A DNA stretch of 63,733 nt, taken from an uncultured Aestuariivirga sp. (GTDB lineage: Bacteria; Pseudomonadota; Alphaproteobacteria; Rhizobiales; Aestuariivirgaceae). The translations under genes and the position numbers were made by a program. Positions 1-9,891 of this stretch are shown here, in pieces. The stretch lies in contig CAZHCO010000052.1 of the NCBI GenBank assembly GCA_964530965.1, positions 1 through 63,733 on the forward strand, written 5' to 3'. A model generated the notes under the pieces. The model made no database searches and was not told the DNA's origin. It saw only the letters and a program-made list of their open reading frames with translations. Every line of letters begins with the position of its first letter. The first letter of the stretch is position 1.

Positions 1-582
1 GTCATGTTCCTCGGCTGGCTGTTTTTTGGCGCAAGGCTCACATGGTTGAGCATAGTCGCGGCAGCCATAACCTACGCTGGTCTCGTTGTGGTGTTTCTCA
101 CCGACCTGCCAACGGGCGGCATGGCAACGGTCATCGGCACCGCTCTCGTCTTGGGTTGCGCCCTGACCTTCGCTATCTATCAATTGCTGGCCAAGAATTT
201 TATCACAGCGATGGGCAGCGCCTTGTTCACCTCCATCGCCCTGTCGGGATCGGCCTTCGCCTGCATTGCCCACTATATCGTCACCAGCTGGAGTTTTGAT
301 TTCTCCTCCAGCCCGCGATTTTTTTGGTTGGCGGCGGGCACGGCATTTTTCGCGACAGTCGTACCATCATTTCTGGTAAACGCAGGCCTGTCGCGCATCA
401 GCCCGCAGTCAACTTCAATGATAGCCACGATTTCGCCGCTGATCACCATTGCCCTGGCAGTCTGGATTCTGGGTGAACCCTTCACCCTGGCCGATGCCAT
501 TGGCTCCACCATGGTGATCGCCGGCGTGGGGATTTACGCGCTCACAGACCGCAAGCCATCAGTGACTACCGAGAGAACTTGA
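1..582 (+). CDS. DMT/EamA family transporter (5' truncated at window edge)
   Basis: Hydrophobic multi-TM ORF, open from base 1, with an EamA-type C-terminal repeat (ISPLITIALAVWILGEPFT). Confidence 0.85.
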   Translation, partial: VMFLGWLFFGARLTWLSIVAAAITYAGLVVVFLTDLPTGGMATVIGTALVLGCALTFAIYQLLAKNFITAMGSALFTSIALSGSAFACIAHYIVTSWSFDFSSSPRFFWLAAGTAFFATVVPSFLVNAGLSRISPQSTSMIATISPLITIALAVWILGEPFTLADAIGSTMVIAGVGIYALTDRKPSVTTERT

Positions 583-584
583 AC

Positions 585-1793
585 CTACGCAGCCAGGCGC
601 GTGCCCATGATTGCATTGATATTGGCTGGTGCAAAGAAATCAGGAATGCCCACCGTGCCCGACACTATGCCAAGAAAATCACGCGTGGCGCTCGGGTTGC
701 CATGTACTGCTCCCATGAGTTGGGTCATTTCAGGTGACGGAGGCGCAAGCCGCGCAAGATCATTGGTAAGTCCATACATCGGCATGACGCTGGCGTCGCG
801 CTTGTTCTGATATTCGGCAAGCGCCTGATCCATTGGCAGATTGCCATCAAAACCGGCATTGATTGCCCGTGACAGCATTTCAGCATGAAGGAAAGCATCG
901 GTCATTCCCTGCGCCGTGATTGCGTCGCGGTGATAACCTGCATCACCCACCAGCACCCAGCCGGGGCCATGCGACGTGCGGAAGAATCCGGCCTGATCGG
1001 CAGTGCCCATAAATCGTTCTTCCCGCTTGGCTGATGCCATGCGATCAGCGATCCACGGCACCTCGGCAACGGCAGAATCGAACGATTGCTCGAGATTTGA
1101 GCGCACCTTGCGGAATTCCCCTACGGGCCGTGCTATCGCTACCATCGTCAATCCTTCATTCGTTGGCTGGACGACGAAGAACCTGCCAACCCGCGAAAAG
1201 AGATGGATGTGAGGCGTGTCGAAACCGCTCCAATAGGAATAGTAAGCGCAAGTGGTGGAGGGCACTTCAGTGTATTTTTTCGCGCCAACTGCTTCCGCTA
1301 TCGTTGAATTCTTGCCATCAGCGCCTATCACGAGCCGGGCGCGGAATTCAAAGGGTTTGCCATTGGCGGTAATTCCTTCAACTCCCGCAATCCGGCTTTG
1401 ACTGCTGAGCGGACGGTTAACAGTAACACCGTCAATGAATTCAACCCCCGCAGCCACTGCCGCTTCTGCCAGCAGGCTGTCGAAGATGCGCCGCCGTGGC
1501 CCATAACCGGAGGATGTACCATCGGGCGCGGCAGTAGGCGTGGCGGAGAGTGCGAACGGCCCGAAATCGAGTGTGAGCTTTTTCTGCTCCGGTGTATCAG
1601 TCGCTGCGAGTCGGTCGAAAACCCCCCATCTTTTCAGGCAGGAAATGCCTGCGGGATGAATATAGTGGCCAGACATGGTATCGCAGGGAAACGTCGATCG
1701 TTCCAGCATGAGTACTTTCTTGCCCGAACGCGCCAGCATCAGTCCGAGCGCTGAACCTGCACATCTCGCCCCTACGATAATTACGTCATACAT
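585..1793 (-). CDS. FAD/NAD(P)-dependent oxidoreductase (geranylgeranyl reductase/flavin monooxygenase-like)
   Basis: N-terminal GARCAG dinucleotide-binding motif, IGADG motif, LVGDAG...D...AQG FAD motif. Confidence 0.85.
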   Translation of the reverse strand: MYDVIIVGARCAGSALGLMLARSGKKVLMLERSTFPCDTMSGHYIHPAGISCLKRWGVFDRLAATDTPEQKKLTLDFGPFALSATPTAAPDGTSSGYGPRRRIFDSLLAEAAVAAGVEFIDGVTVNRPLSSQSRIAGVEGITANGKPFEFRARLVIGADGKNSTIAEAVGAKKYTEVPSTTCAYYSYWSGFDTPHIHLFSRVGRFFVVQPTNEGLTMVAIARPVGEFRKVRSNLEQSFDSAVAEVPWIADRMASAKREERFMGTADQAGFFRTSHGPGWVLVGDAGYHRDAITAQGMTDAFLHAEMLSRAINAGFDGNLPMDQALAEYQNKRDASVMPMYGLTNDLARLAPPSPEMTQLMGAVHGNPSATRDFLGIVSGTVGIPDFFAPANINAIMGTRLAA

Positions 1794-1871
1794 TGTCTTG
1801 ATCCTTTAATTAATGCGCTAAACTTGCGAATGGGCATAAGACACAAGGGCTGACTCTAGAAGGTCAATTGG

Positions 1872-1899
1872 CCGAACAACCCGTTCGCCGATCCGAACA
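1872..1899. promoter_or_regulatory. Candidate LysR binding site between divergent genes
   Basis: GTTCG-N6-CGAAC inverted repeat (1883-1898) plus a CCGAACA direct repeat spaced 21 bp, in the intergenic region upstream of the LysR gene. Confidence 0.3.
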
Positions 1900-1972
1900 T
1901 CACGTGCGATTCCTCTTGACTTGCTGCGGGGGGCTGCTTTCGTGTCCGAGGTGAATTCAACAGGTCGCCGCA

Positions 1973-2875
1973 ATGGATTGCCTTGAAGGTGTCAGTGTTT
2001 TTGTAGCTGTCTCTGAGTGCGGCAGTTTTTCTGCTGCTGCTGAAAAACTAGGCTTGTCCAAATCAACGGTGAGTGAACAGGTTTCGCGGCTGGAAAAGCG
2101 CATTGGTGCAAGGCTGCTGCAACGCTCGACCAAGGCGGTCACACTCACCGAGGCGGGGCGCGCCTATCTCTGTCAGATTGACGATGTGTTGGATAGGGTG
2201 CAGCGGGCAGAGAAAGCTGCCCAGGCGGAGGCAACGGAGCCGCGTGGCCCTCTTCGCATTAGCGCGCCCGGCCCATTTGCCTGGACGCATCTCGCTCCCC
2301 TCTTGCCAGAGTTCATGGATCGCCACCCGGACATCAGAATTGAGCTGCAGGTGACAACCGAAGTCGTTGATCTCGTTTCGTCAGGTTTTGATTTGGCATT
2401 GAGGCTTTGCACCAATAACGACCCAAATGCGATCATGCGGCAGCTTGGCAAGACGCATATGATTGTGGTGGCAGCACCTGAATTGCTGAAAAAATTCCAG
2501 ACTCCGAAGAGTCCTTCTGATTTGAAAGTTTGGCCCTGCCTCATCAATACGACTTATCCCAAGCCCACCACATGGACTTTTCGTTCGGGTGAACGTGAAG
2601 AGCGCGCCAGCTTTGCACCGGCCCTCGTGGCAAATAGTATAGAGGTGCTGCACCGTCTTGCACTCGCCGGAAGTGGGGCGGCAATTATCGGTGAATATGC
2701 GGTGATTGATGATTTGCGCGCTGGCCGCCTTGTCAGGTTGCTGCCGGATTGGAACATCGGTGATATACCGGTTCTTGCGATTTATCCCGACAATCGGCGC
2801 ATCTCAACCAAAGTCCGGACCTTCGTGGATTTTCTGGCGCAGAGATTGAAACAGGATACACTCGTGCAGACTTGA
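1973..2875 (+). CDS. LysR family transcriptional regulator (CrgA/DmlR-like)
   Basis: N-terminal HTH GSFSAAAEKLGLSKSTVS...LLQRSTKAVTLTEAG and C-terminal KVRTFVDFL; divergent from the FAD oxidoreductase. Confidence 0.95.
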   Translation: MDCLEGVSVFVAVSECGSFSAAAEKLGLSKSTVSEQVSRLEKRIGARLLQRSTKAVTLTEAGRAYLCQIDDVLDRVQRAEKAAQAEATEPRGPLRISAPGPFAWTHLAPLLPEFMDRHPDIRIELQVTTEVVDLVSSGFDLALRLCTNNDPNAIMRQLGKTHMIVVAAPELLKKFQTPKSPSDLKVWPCLINTTYPKPTTWTFRSGEREERASFAPALVANSIEVLHRLALAGSGAAIIGEYAVIDDLRAGRLVRLLPDWNIGDIPVLAIYPDNRRISTKVRTFVDFLAQRLKQDTLVQT

Positions 2876-4447
2876 TCAACTTACGCTGTCCGGCAGAACT
2901 TCCTTACGCTTGGCCATGAAGGCTTGAAGCGCCTCATCGATGCTGGAATCGAGGGGAGGGGCTTCATACTCGCGCAGCATCTTCTTCCACTGGGTGTTTG
3001 CGCGGGCCACGATGTCCTTTTCCCCTTCGTCGCGCCATTGCTCGAACGAATTGTTGTCGGCAAGACCGGAGCGCCAGAAGGCAGTTTCGAAATTGGAGCG
3101 CGTGTGGGCGCAGCCCAGATAATGCGAACCGGGGCCAACTTCGCGGATGGCATCCATTGCCTGGCCGTTTTCCGAAAAATCGACGCCTTCGGCGAGCTTC
3201 TGGAACATGGTGAGCTGGTCGGCATCCATGATGAGTTTCTCGTAGCCGGATGCCAATCCGCCTTCCAGCCAGCCTGCTGCATGGAGGCAGAAGTTGACGC
3301 CGGAGAGGATCGTCGACCACAGCGTGTTAGCGCTTTCGTAGGCTGCCTGTGCGTCCGGGATCTTGGAGCCGCACAGGCCACCGCCAGATCGGAAGGGCAC
3401 CCCCATGCGGCGCGCCAACTGGGCGGCGCCGAAGGTGACGAGCGCCGGTTCCGGCGTGCCGAACGTCGGTGCCCCCGACTGCATGGACATGGACGCGGCA
3501 AAGGTGCCGAAAACGACTGGAGCACCAGGCCGACACAATTGCGTAAAGGCAATGCCAACCGATGCCTCCGCCAGAATCTGTGTAAGCGTTCCAACCGTGG
3601 TGACAGGCGACATGGCGCCCGCCACGATGAACGGCGAGATCACGGTTGCCTGATTGGCGCGGGCGTAGACCTTCAGCGCACCAAGCATGACGCCATCCCA
3701 AACCATGGGTGAGTTGGCGTTGATAAGGCTGGTCATCACGCAATTCTGGTCAACGAACTCCTTGCCGAAAAGAAGTTCCGCCAAGGCAACCGAATCCGCT
3801 GCGCGTTCGCCCGAGGTGACCGAGCCCATGAACGGCTTATCGTTGTACTTGATGTGGGTGTATACCATGTCGAGGTGGCGCTTGGCGACCGGTATGTCAA
3901 CCGGCTCGCACAGCGTTCCGCCGGCATGATGCAGGCTCGGCAGCATGTAGACGAGCTTCGAGAAATTGCGGAAATCCTCGATCGTGGCATAGCGTCGGCC
4001 TTCATCGAGATTGCGGATGAAGGGGGGACCATAAACCGGCGCGAACACGGTGTTGTTGCCGCCAATGCTGATGTTGTTGGCCGGGTTGCGCGCATGCTGC
4101 GTATATTCGCGGGGCGCGGTCTTGATCAATGAGCGCACCAGGCCGCGCGGAAAGCGTACGCGAAAACGTTTTGCATCGGTTTCTGAGTGCTTGACGTCGG
4201 CGCCAGCCTGCTTCCACATTTGGACGGCTTCCTCGTCTTCGTAGAAGTCGATTCCGGTTTCCTGCAGAACGGTTTCTGCATTGCGCTCGATCAGTTCGAG
4301 TTGATCATCGCTGAACGGCTCATAGGTCTTGATCTTACGGCGGATAAAACCCGATGGCGGTGTGACTTGGTTGGTGCGGGCCGCACGGCGGGCATCGGCC
4401 CCGCCACGTGCGCGGCGGCCGGTTGGAGCGGGCTGTAAATTGGTCAT
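2876..4447 (-). CDS. mttB: Trimethylamine methyltransferase (MttB) family protein, non-pyrrolysine type
   Basis: PVYGPPF, NANSPMVWD, GAMSPVT, SMQSGAPTFGTPE, HAAGWLEGGL motifs; no in-frame amber codon; start moved to ATG at 4447. Confidence 0.9.
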   Translation of the reverse strand: MTNLQPAPTGRRARGGADARRAARTNQVTPPSGFIRRKIKTYEPFSDDQLELIERNAETVLQETGIDFYEDEEAVQMWKQAGADVKHSETDAKRFRVRFPRGLVRSLIKTAPREYTQHARNPANNISIGGNNTVFAPVYGPPFIRNLDEGRRYATIEDFRNFSKLVYMLPSLHHAGGTLCEPVDIPVAKRHLDMVYTHIKYNDKPFMGSVTSGERAADSVALAELLFGKEFVDQNCVMTSLINANSPMVWDGVMLGALKVYARANQATVISPFIVAGAMSPVTTVGTLTQILAEASVGIAFTQLCRPGAPVVFGTFAASMSMQSGAPTFGTPEPALVTFGAAQLARRMGVPFRSGGGLCGSKIPDAQAAYESANTLWSTILSGVNFCLHAAGWLEGGLASGYEKLIMDADQLTMFQKLAEGVDFSENGQAMDAIREVGPGSHYLGCAHTRSNFETAFWRSGLADNNSFEQWRDEGEKDIVARANTQWKKMLREYEAPPLDSSIDEALQAFMAKRKEVLPDSVS

Positions 4448-4599
4448 GTCTTGGCCTGTTGAGAAAGTTTCACCTGTGGGTAGCTTTAGGCTCAACGGGG
4501 AGGAGGGAGCGGCGGATAAACGTCAGACGAAGGTGCGGAAACGACGTGGGGCAAGAGGTGCCGCTTGTCAGGCAAATGCCGTTCATTCAAGGTAGCGGC

Positions 4600-5202
4600 A
4601 TGACGCACCGCGATGCAAAACTTCAACTATTCTATGATTTTACCGAAACGGCCATTCATAGGCGCGCTGAAACCTGCGCAAACGCAGGGCCAGCGGCAAA
4701 ACCCGTCTTTGGCGCGCTGCGAACGACCGTTGGAGGTCAAAGCAATTTTGCCTCGGAGCGCTTGCCGGTGTGCGATGCACTGGAGTCCGCGTTACACTTG
4801 GCAAGCACCGGTCCGACCCCAATCCCAGACCTTGCTGCTGCTTTGGACGACCTGTCACCTCACCTGCAATGGAAACGCCGCAATAGTTCGCTGCCTGATG
4901 GCACGCGTTTCCATGATGGCCACGCCAATGCGCTTGTCGCGGGGCCGGGCGGTCTGGAAGAGCGCGATGATGTGTGGGTCGGCATCAGCCTGCTGGCACC
5001 CCATGTGCGCTATCCCGACCATCGGCATTGCCCGGAAGAGGTTTATGTTTCGCTGGCCGGTGGTGCCTGGTGGAATTCGAATATGGAGTGGACGGCGCCG
5101 GGTCCAGGCGGTCTCATCTACAACGAGCCAAACGTGCTGCATGCCATGCGAACCGATGCGCAGCCGTTGCTTGCGATCTGGTGCTTGTGGGTGGGAAGTT
5201 AA
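4600..5202 (+). CDS. DMSP lyase family cupin (DddL-like)
   Basis: HANALVAGPGGLEERDDVWVG and YPDHRHCPEEVY cupin motif 1, HAMRT motif 2, LLAIWCLW C-terminus. Confidence 0.75.
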   Translation: MTHRDAKLQLFYDFTETAIHRRAETCANAGPAAKPVFGALRTTVGGQSNFASERLPVCDALESALHLASTGPTPIPDLAAALDDLSPHLQWKRRNSSLPDGTRFHDGHANALVAGPGGLEERDDVWVGISLLAPHVRYPDHRHCPEEVYVSLAGGAWWNSNMEWTAPGPGGLIYNEPNVLHAMRTDAQPLLAIWCLWVGS

Positions 5203-5246
5203 AAGGAAACGACGTGAGATGCTGCACTTCCTGCTTCCAACTTCTC

Positions 5247-5316
5247 ATCATGCCCGTGCTCGACACGGGCATCTTCTCGGTTGACAGAAGATGACCGGAT
5301 CAAGTCCGGTCATGAT
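5247..5316. repeat. REP/RIME-like double-hairpin palindromic element
   Basis: ATCATGCCCGTG-CTCGA-CACGGGCATC ... GATGACCGGA-TCAAG-TCCGGTCATGAT; two hairpins with complementary outer ends, between convergent genes. Confidence 0.8.
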
Positions 5317-5344
5317 CAGGGTTTGAGGGGAGGGACTAGGGTCA

Positions 5345-6550
5345 TCAAAACTTCACCCTTAACGATTCCAGCCCATGAAAATGATAAACGTCCCTGTAAT
5401 GGGGCGCTGCGGTTAGCGCCAGTTTCGGCAAGCGCTTGAACAGCGTTTGAAAGGCGATCAGCATTTCCAATCTTGCAAGCGGTGCGCCGATGCAGAAGTG
5501 AATACCGGCGCCGAAGCTGACGTGGGGGTTTGGCTCTCGCGCCGGATTAAACTGATCAGGGTTGTCAAAGCGGGCAGGGTCGCGATTGGCGGCGCCCAGC
5601 ATCAGGCCCACTTCTTCGCCTTTCTTGAGTTTGATTCCGGCGTATTCGATATCTTCCAGCGCGTAGCGGGTGAACAGGTGAAGCGGCGCATCAAAGCGTA
5701 GGATTTCTTCGATGAGAGTTTCAGTGATGGGTTCCTTCACACCGCGTTCAAGCAGCGTCTTCACGCCGTTGCCGATGGAATGAACCGTGGCTTCGTGGCC
5801 CGCATTGAGAATGAGAATGGCGGTGGTGATGAGTTCATTTTCCGAGAGTTTCTGACCCTCGGTTTCAGCCCGGATGAGAGCCGAGAGCAGATCATCCTTA
5901 AGGTCCTTACGCCGCGCGTTCACCAGCTCACGCATGTAATTGCTGAATGCAACAGTGGCCGCAACCGCGGCATCTTCCACGGCGCGGTCACGCCGCGCCA
6001 CGTACATGGCCACCATGTCGTGCGACCAGCTCAGGAGCTGATCTGCCTTGTTCGTGGGAACACCCAGCAATTCGCAAATGACGATAATCGGAATGGGTGT
6101 GGCGTAGACTGACAACAGGTCAACTTCATCCTTTTTCTCAAAGCCATCAATCAACTGGTTGGAAAGATTCTCGATTTTGAGCCGCAGGCGTTCCACCTGG
6201 CGCGAAAGAAACGCCCGGCTGACCAGCCCGCGCAGCCGCGTGTGAACCGGTGGCTCAAGTTCCAGCAGGGAATGCTGCTCGAAATCGTAGAAAGGTTTGA
6301 GGCGCGCTGGAGTTTCGGCTAGGCCCAGTTCCTCCCGGGTCGCCACATGGAGAATTTGTCGCCCAAAGCGCCTGTCCCGCAAAAGCGCATTAACATCCTC
6401 GTGGCCAGCGAAACACCAATAGCCATATTGCTGCCATTTGAATGCTGGCACTTTCCGGCGCAGCTCATGGTAGGCGGGGTAGGGGTTTTCGTAGAACTGC
6501 GCCTCGCGCGGGTCTAGGTCTACGCTTCGGGTGTTGGAATCTATCTTCAT
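5345..6550 (-). CDS. Cytochrome P450
   Basis: Heme motif FGAGIHFCIG, ExxR (EEILR), I-helix NAGHEATV, HTRLR motif. Confidence 0.95.
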   Translation of the reverse strand: MKIDSNTRSVDLDPREAQFYENPYPAYHELRRKVPAFKWQQYGYWCFAGHEDVNALLRDRRFGRQILHVATREELGLAETPARLKPFYDFEQHSLLELEPPVHTRLRGLVSRAFLSRQVERLRLKIENLSNQLIDGFEKKDEVDLLSVYATPIPIIVICELLGVPTNKADQLLSWSHDMVAMYVARRDRAVEDAAVAATVAFSNYMRELVNARRKDLKDDLLSALIRAETEGQKLSENELITTAILILNAGHEATVHSIGNGVKTLLERGVKEPITETLIEEILRFDAPLHLFTRYALEDIEYAGIKLKKGEEVGLMLGAANRDPARFDNPDQFNPAREPNPHVSFGAGIHFCIGAPLARLEMLIAFQTLFKRLPKLALTAAPHYRDVYHFHGLESLRVKF

Positions 6551-6569
6551 GGGAACTAGCTTAGCAAAA

Positions 6570-7367
6570 ATGAAAATCTATATCAGTGTCGATATCGAGG
6601 GCGTGGCTGGCATAACCCATTGGGACGAGGCCGAAAAGGGCCATGCCGACTGGGCCGAATTCCGCGAGATCATGACCCGCGAAGCCGTTGCCGCCATCGA
6701 TGGCGCAAGGGCAGCCGGGGCCACGGAAATCTGGGTGAAGGACGCCCATGACAGCGGCCGTAACCTGATTACCACCCTGTTACCAGCCGACGTGACGCTG
6801 ATCCGTGAATGGTCCGGCCATCCCTACACCATGATCCAGGAAATGGACGAAAGCTTTGCCGGGCTGGTGATGATTGGCCACCACGCCAGCGTGGGGTCCG
6901 AGGGCAACAGTTTGGCCCACACGCTGAACACCCGGACCCACATGATAACCTTAAACGGCAAGCCGGTTTCCGAATTCAGGCTCTGCGCTCTTTCGGCCGC
7001 AAGTCTTGGCGTTCCCGTCGTGTTTATCAGTGGCGACAAGGCCTTGATGGAAGAGGTGGAGCAAACCAACTCGCATATCGGCAGGTTGGCAGTTAAAGAG
7101 GGCCGGGGGCAATCCACAATATCCATGACGCCCCTCGCCGCGCAAAACGCCATCCGGGCGGGTGTTGAAAAATCCTTGCGTGGGAAATTGAAAGATTGTC
7201 TACTGCAAATACCGGAGCAATTCACGCTGGACGTGACCTATGTGAGCCCGGCGCTGGCTTACGAAAAAAGTTTTTATCCGGGTTGCCTATACATCGGCAA
7301 TCGCACCAACCGCGTTGAAACCAACAATATTCTTGACGTGATGCGCGCCCTGCGTTTCATAAAATAG
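6570..7367 (+). CDS. dppA: M55 family D-aminopeptidase (DppA-like)
   Basis: MKIYISVDIEGVAG N-terminus, DAH, HH and SGD metal/active-site motifs. Confidence 0.85.
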   Translation: MKIYISVDIEGVAGITHWDEAEKGHADWAEFREIMTREAVAAIDGARAAGATEIWVKDAHDSGRNLITTLLPADVTLIREWSGHPYTMIQEMDESFAGLVMIGHHASVGSEGNSLAHTLNTRTHMITLNGKPVSEFRLCALSAASLGVPVVFISGDKALMEEVEQTNSHIGRLAVKEGRGQSTISMTPLAAQNAIRAGVEKSLRGKLKDCLLQIPEQFTLDVTYVSPALAYEKSFYPGCLYIGNRTNRVETNNILDVMRALRFIK

Positions 7368-7378
7368 AATCGGGAACA

Positions 7379-8605
7379 ATGTCCAACGAACCCACCTCAC
7401 AAAAGGAATTCATCTTCCTTGTCGCCCTGCTCACCGCAATGGTGGCCATGTCGATCGACACGATGCTGCCGGCGATTGGAATGATTGCCAGTGAATTTGG
7501 CGTGTCAGACCCCAACCAGCGGCAATACATCATCACCTCGTTTTTTGCCGGCATGACTATTGGCACGCTGCTCTATGGCCCCATTTCAGACAGCACGGGG
7601 CGCAAGCCCGCCATTTTCGCGGGCCTGCTGATCTTCCTTGCGGGTTCGGCCCTGTGTTTGTTTTCAACAAGCTTTGAAATGATGCTGGCGGGCCGGGCTT
7701 TGCAGGGCTTTGGCGCGGCAAGCCCACGCATCGTGTCCATGGCCATGGTCCGTGACGGGCAGGGCGGCGCTGCCATGGCGCGCATCATGTCCTTCGTCAT
7801 GTCGGTGTTCATGCTGGTGCCGATCCTGGCGCCTTCAATCGGGCAACTCGTTCTTTTCGTGGCAAGCTGGCGCATGATCTTCGTGGGTTTCATCGTTATG
7901 GCCGTGATCGCGGCAATCCTGCTGGAATTGCGCCAGGAGGAAACCCTGCCGCGCGAAAAACGCGTGGCGTTTTCGGCGGGAAATCTGTGGAGAGCCGCGG
8001 TGGAGTTTTTCCACTATTCCATGGCCTGGGGATATACCATTGCCGTCGGCTTCATTTTCGGGGCCTTCATTGTCTACCTCGGCACTTCGCAACAGATATT
8101 TGCCGAGCAGTATAAACAGGGCGACTTGTTCGCCGTGTGGTTCGGCGTGTTTGCCGTAGCGATCGCCTGCGCCATGATCTTCAACGGCAGGATGGTGATG
8201 CGCCATGGCATGCGCATGCTTTCCAAGTGGGCGGTGCGAGGTTGCATCCTGTTTTCAGCTTTGTTCCTTGTCCTGGCCCTGATCTATGCGGGCCATCCGC
8301 CGCTATGGACGCTGGGTCTCTACCTGTTCGCCACCTTCTTTTGCTGCGGCATTCTCTTCGGCAATTACAATGCCATGGCCATGGAGCCCGTGGGCCACAT
8401 CGCTGGGATGGCGGCAGCAATTTCCGGCACCCTGTCGTCCATTGTGGCCATTCCCATCGGCGCCTGGATTGGCCAAATGTATGATGGCACTATCATGCCA
8501 TTGGTTTACGGCTACCTTTCCATGGGATTGCTGGCGTTTCTTCTCAGCGAATGGGTGGAATGGGCCAAACGCCGAGGGGTGAAAAATCCCCGTCTTGTCG
8601 ATTGA
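7379..8605 (+). CDS. Bcr/CflA family MFS efflux transporter
   Basis: About 12 TM segments; SIDTMLPA, GPISDSTGRKP (MFS motif A), GRALQGFG. Confidence 0.9.
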   Translation: MSNEPTSQKEFIFLVALLTAMVAMSIDTMLPAIGMIASEFGVSDPNQRQYIITSFFAGMTIGTLLYGPISDSTGRKPAIFAGLLIFLAGSALCLFSTSFEMMLAGRALQGFGAASPRIVSMAMVRDGQGGAAMARIMSFVMSVFMLVPILAPSIGQLVLFVASWRMIFVGFIVMAVIAAILLELRQEETLPREKRVAFSAGNLWRAAVEFFHYSMAWGYTIAVGFIFGAFIVYLGTSQQIFAEQYKQGDLFAVWFGVFAVAIACAMIFNGRMVMRHGMRMLSKWAVRGCILFSALFLVLALIYAGHPPLWTLGLYLFATFFCCGILFGNYNAMAMEPVGHIAGMAAAISGTLSSIVAIPIGAWIGQMYDGTIMPLVYGYLSMGLLAFLLSEWVEWAKRRGVKNPRLVD

Positions 8606-8631
8606 CGTGGATTTCTGGTAGTGGGTCAGGC

Positions 8632-9891
8632 GTGTTCAAACCTTACTCAGCATTGGCGCTCGCCCAGCACGCCCTGTCGCCCGAACGGCCCTGGCCGCGG
8701 GCCTGGCGTTCGCCGGAACCCAAGAGTTCCTACGATGCCATTATTATAGGCGGCGGCGGGCATGGCCTTGCTACTGCCTATTATTTGGCCAAGAACCAAG
8801 GGTTGCGGAATGTGGCGGTGCTGGAGCGGGCCTATATCGGCTCCGGCAATGTGGGGCGCAACACCACGCTCATCCGCTCCAACTATGTGATCGACGGCAA
8901 TACCCAGTTTTTCGAACACTCCATGAAGCTCTGGGAAGGGCTTTCCCACGATCTCAATTTCAACTGCATGGTGTCGCACCGGGGGCAGGTGGTGCTGGCG
9001 GTGAACCCGGTGCAGCTCGATACCTTTGCGCGGCGCGGCAATATCATGCGGCTCAACGGCATTGATGCGGAGTTGCTGGATCGCGGGCAGGTGATGAAGC
9101 TTCTGCCATATCTCGACTATTCCAAGGAAGCGCGCTGGCCCGTCTGGGGCGGCATCTTGCAGGAACGGGCTGGCACCGTGCGCCACGACGCCGTGGCCTG
9201 GGGCTATGCCCGCGCCGCCGATACGCTGGGTGTGGACATCATCGAAAACTGTGAAGTGACCGGCTTTGTCATGGATGAGGGCAAGGCCGTGGGTGTTGAA
9301 ACTTCGCGGGGCAAAATTCTCGGTGGAAAAATTGGCATCGCGGTGGCGGGTCATTCATCGCATGTGGCGAAAATGGCGGGACTGCGCTTGCCCATTGAGA
9401 GCCACATCCTGCAAGCCTTTGTGACCGAACCGGTAAAGCCCATGGTGCATCATGTCGTGTCCTGGGGCGCGGAGCTTTTCTACCTCTCGCAATCCGACAA
9501 GGGCGGCATGGTTTTCGGCGGGCATATCGATGGCTTCAATACTTATACGCAACGCGGGCAATTCCCGCGCATACAAACCGTAGCGGAATGCGCGGTGTCG
9601 CTGTTGCCCTTCATGTCGAAGCTGAGGCTCTTGCGTCACTGGGGCGGCATCATGGACATGACGCCCGATGGCGCTCCATTTATTTGCCGCACGAACATCA
9701 GGAATCTCTATTTCAACGGCGGCTGGTGCTACCAGGGTTTCAAGGCCACGCCTGCAAGCGGCTGGACCTTTGCCCACACGATTGCGCATGATGAAGAACA
9801 TGAGTTGAACCGCTGCTATTCCCTTGATCGCTTCGAGAAAGGCCGCGAACTCGACGACTACGGCATTGGCAACTGGACGTACAAGCAATGA
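8632..9891 (+). CDS. soxB: Heterotetrameric sarcosine oxidase-family beta subunit
   Basis: GGGGHGLATAYYLAK, GNVGRNTT, RHDAVAWGYA, GFKATPASG motifs; GTG start at 8632. Confidence 0.9.
   Translation: MFKPYSALALAQHALSPERPWPRAWRSPEPKSSYDAIIIGGGGHGLATAYYLAKNQGLRNVAVLERAYIGSGNVGRNTTLIRSNYVIDGNTQFFEHSMKLWEGLSHDLNFNCMVSHRGQVVLAVNPVQLDTFARRGNIMRLNGIDAELLDRGQVMKLLPYLDYSKEARWPVWGGILQERAGTVRHDAVAWGYARAADTLGVDIIENCEVTGFVMDEGKAVGVETSRGKILGGKIGIAVAGHSSHVAKMAGLRLPIESHILQAFVTEPVKPMVHHVVSWGAELFYLSQSDKGGMVFGGHIDGFNTYTQRGQFPRIQTVAECAVSLLPFMSKLRLLRHWGGIMDMTPDGAPFICRTNIRNLYFNGGWCYQGFKATPASGWTFAHTIAHDEEHELNRCYSLDRFEKGRELDDYGIGNWTYKQ

Noticed and set aside
2876-4447. Pyrrolysine readthrough in MttB
   Set aside because: The ORF is uninterrupted with no in-frame TAG; no pyl genes in the window.
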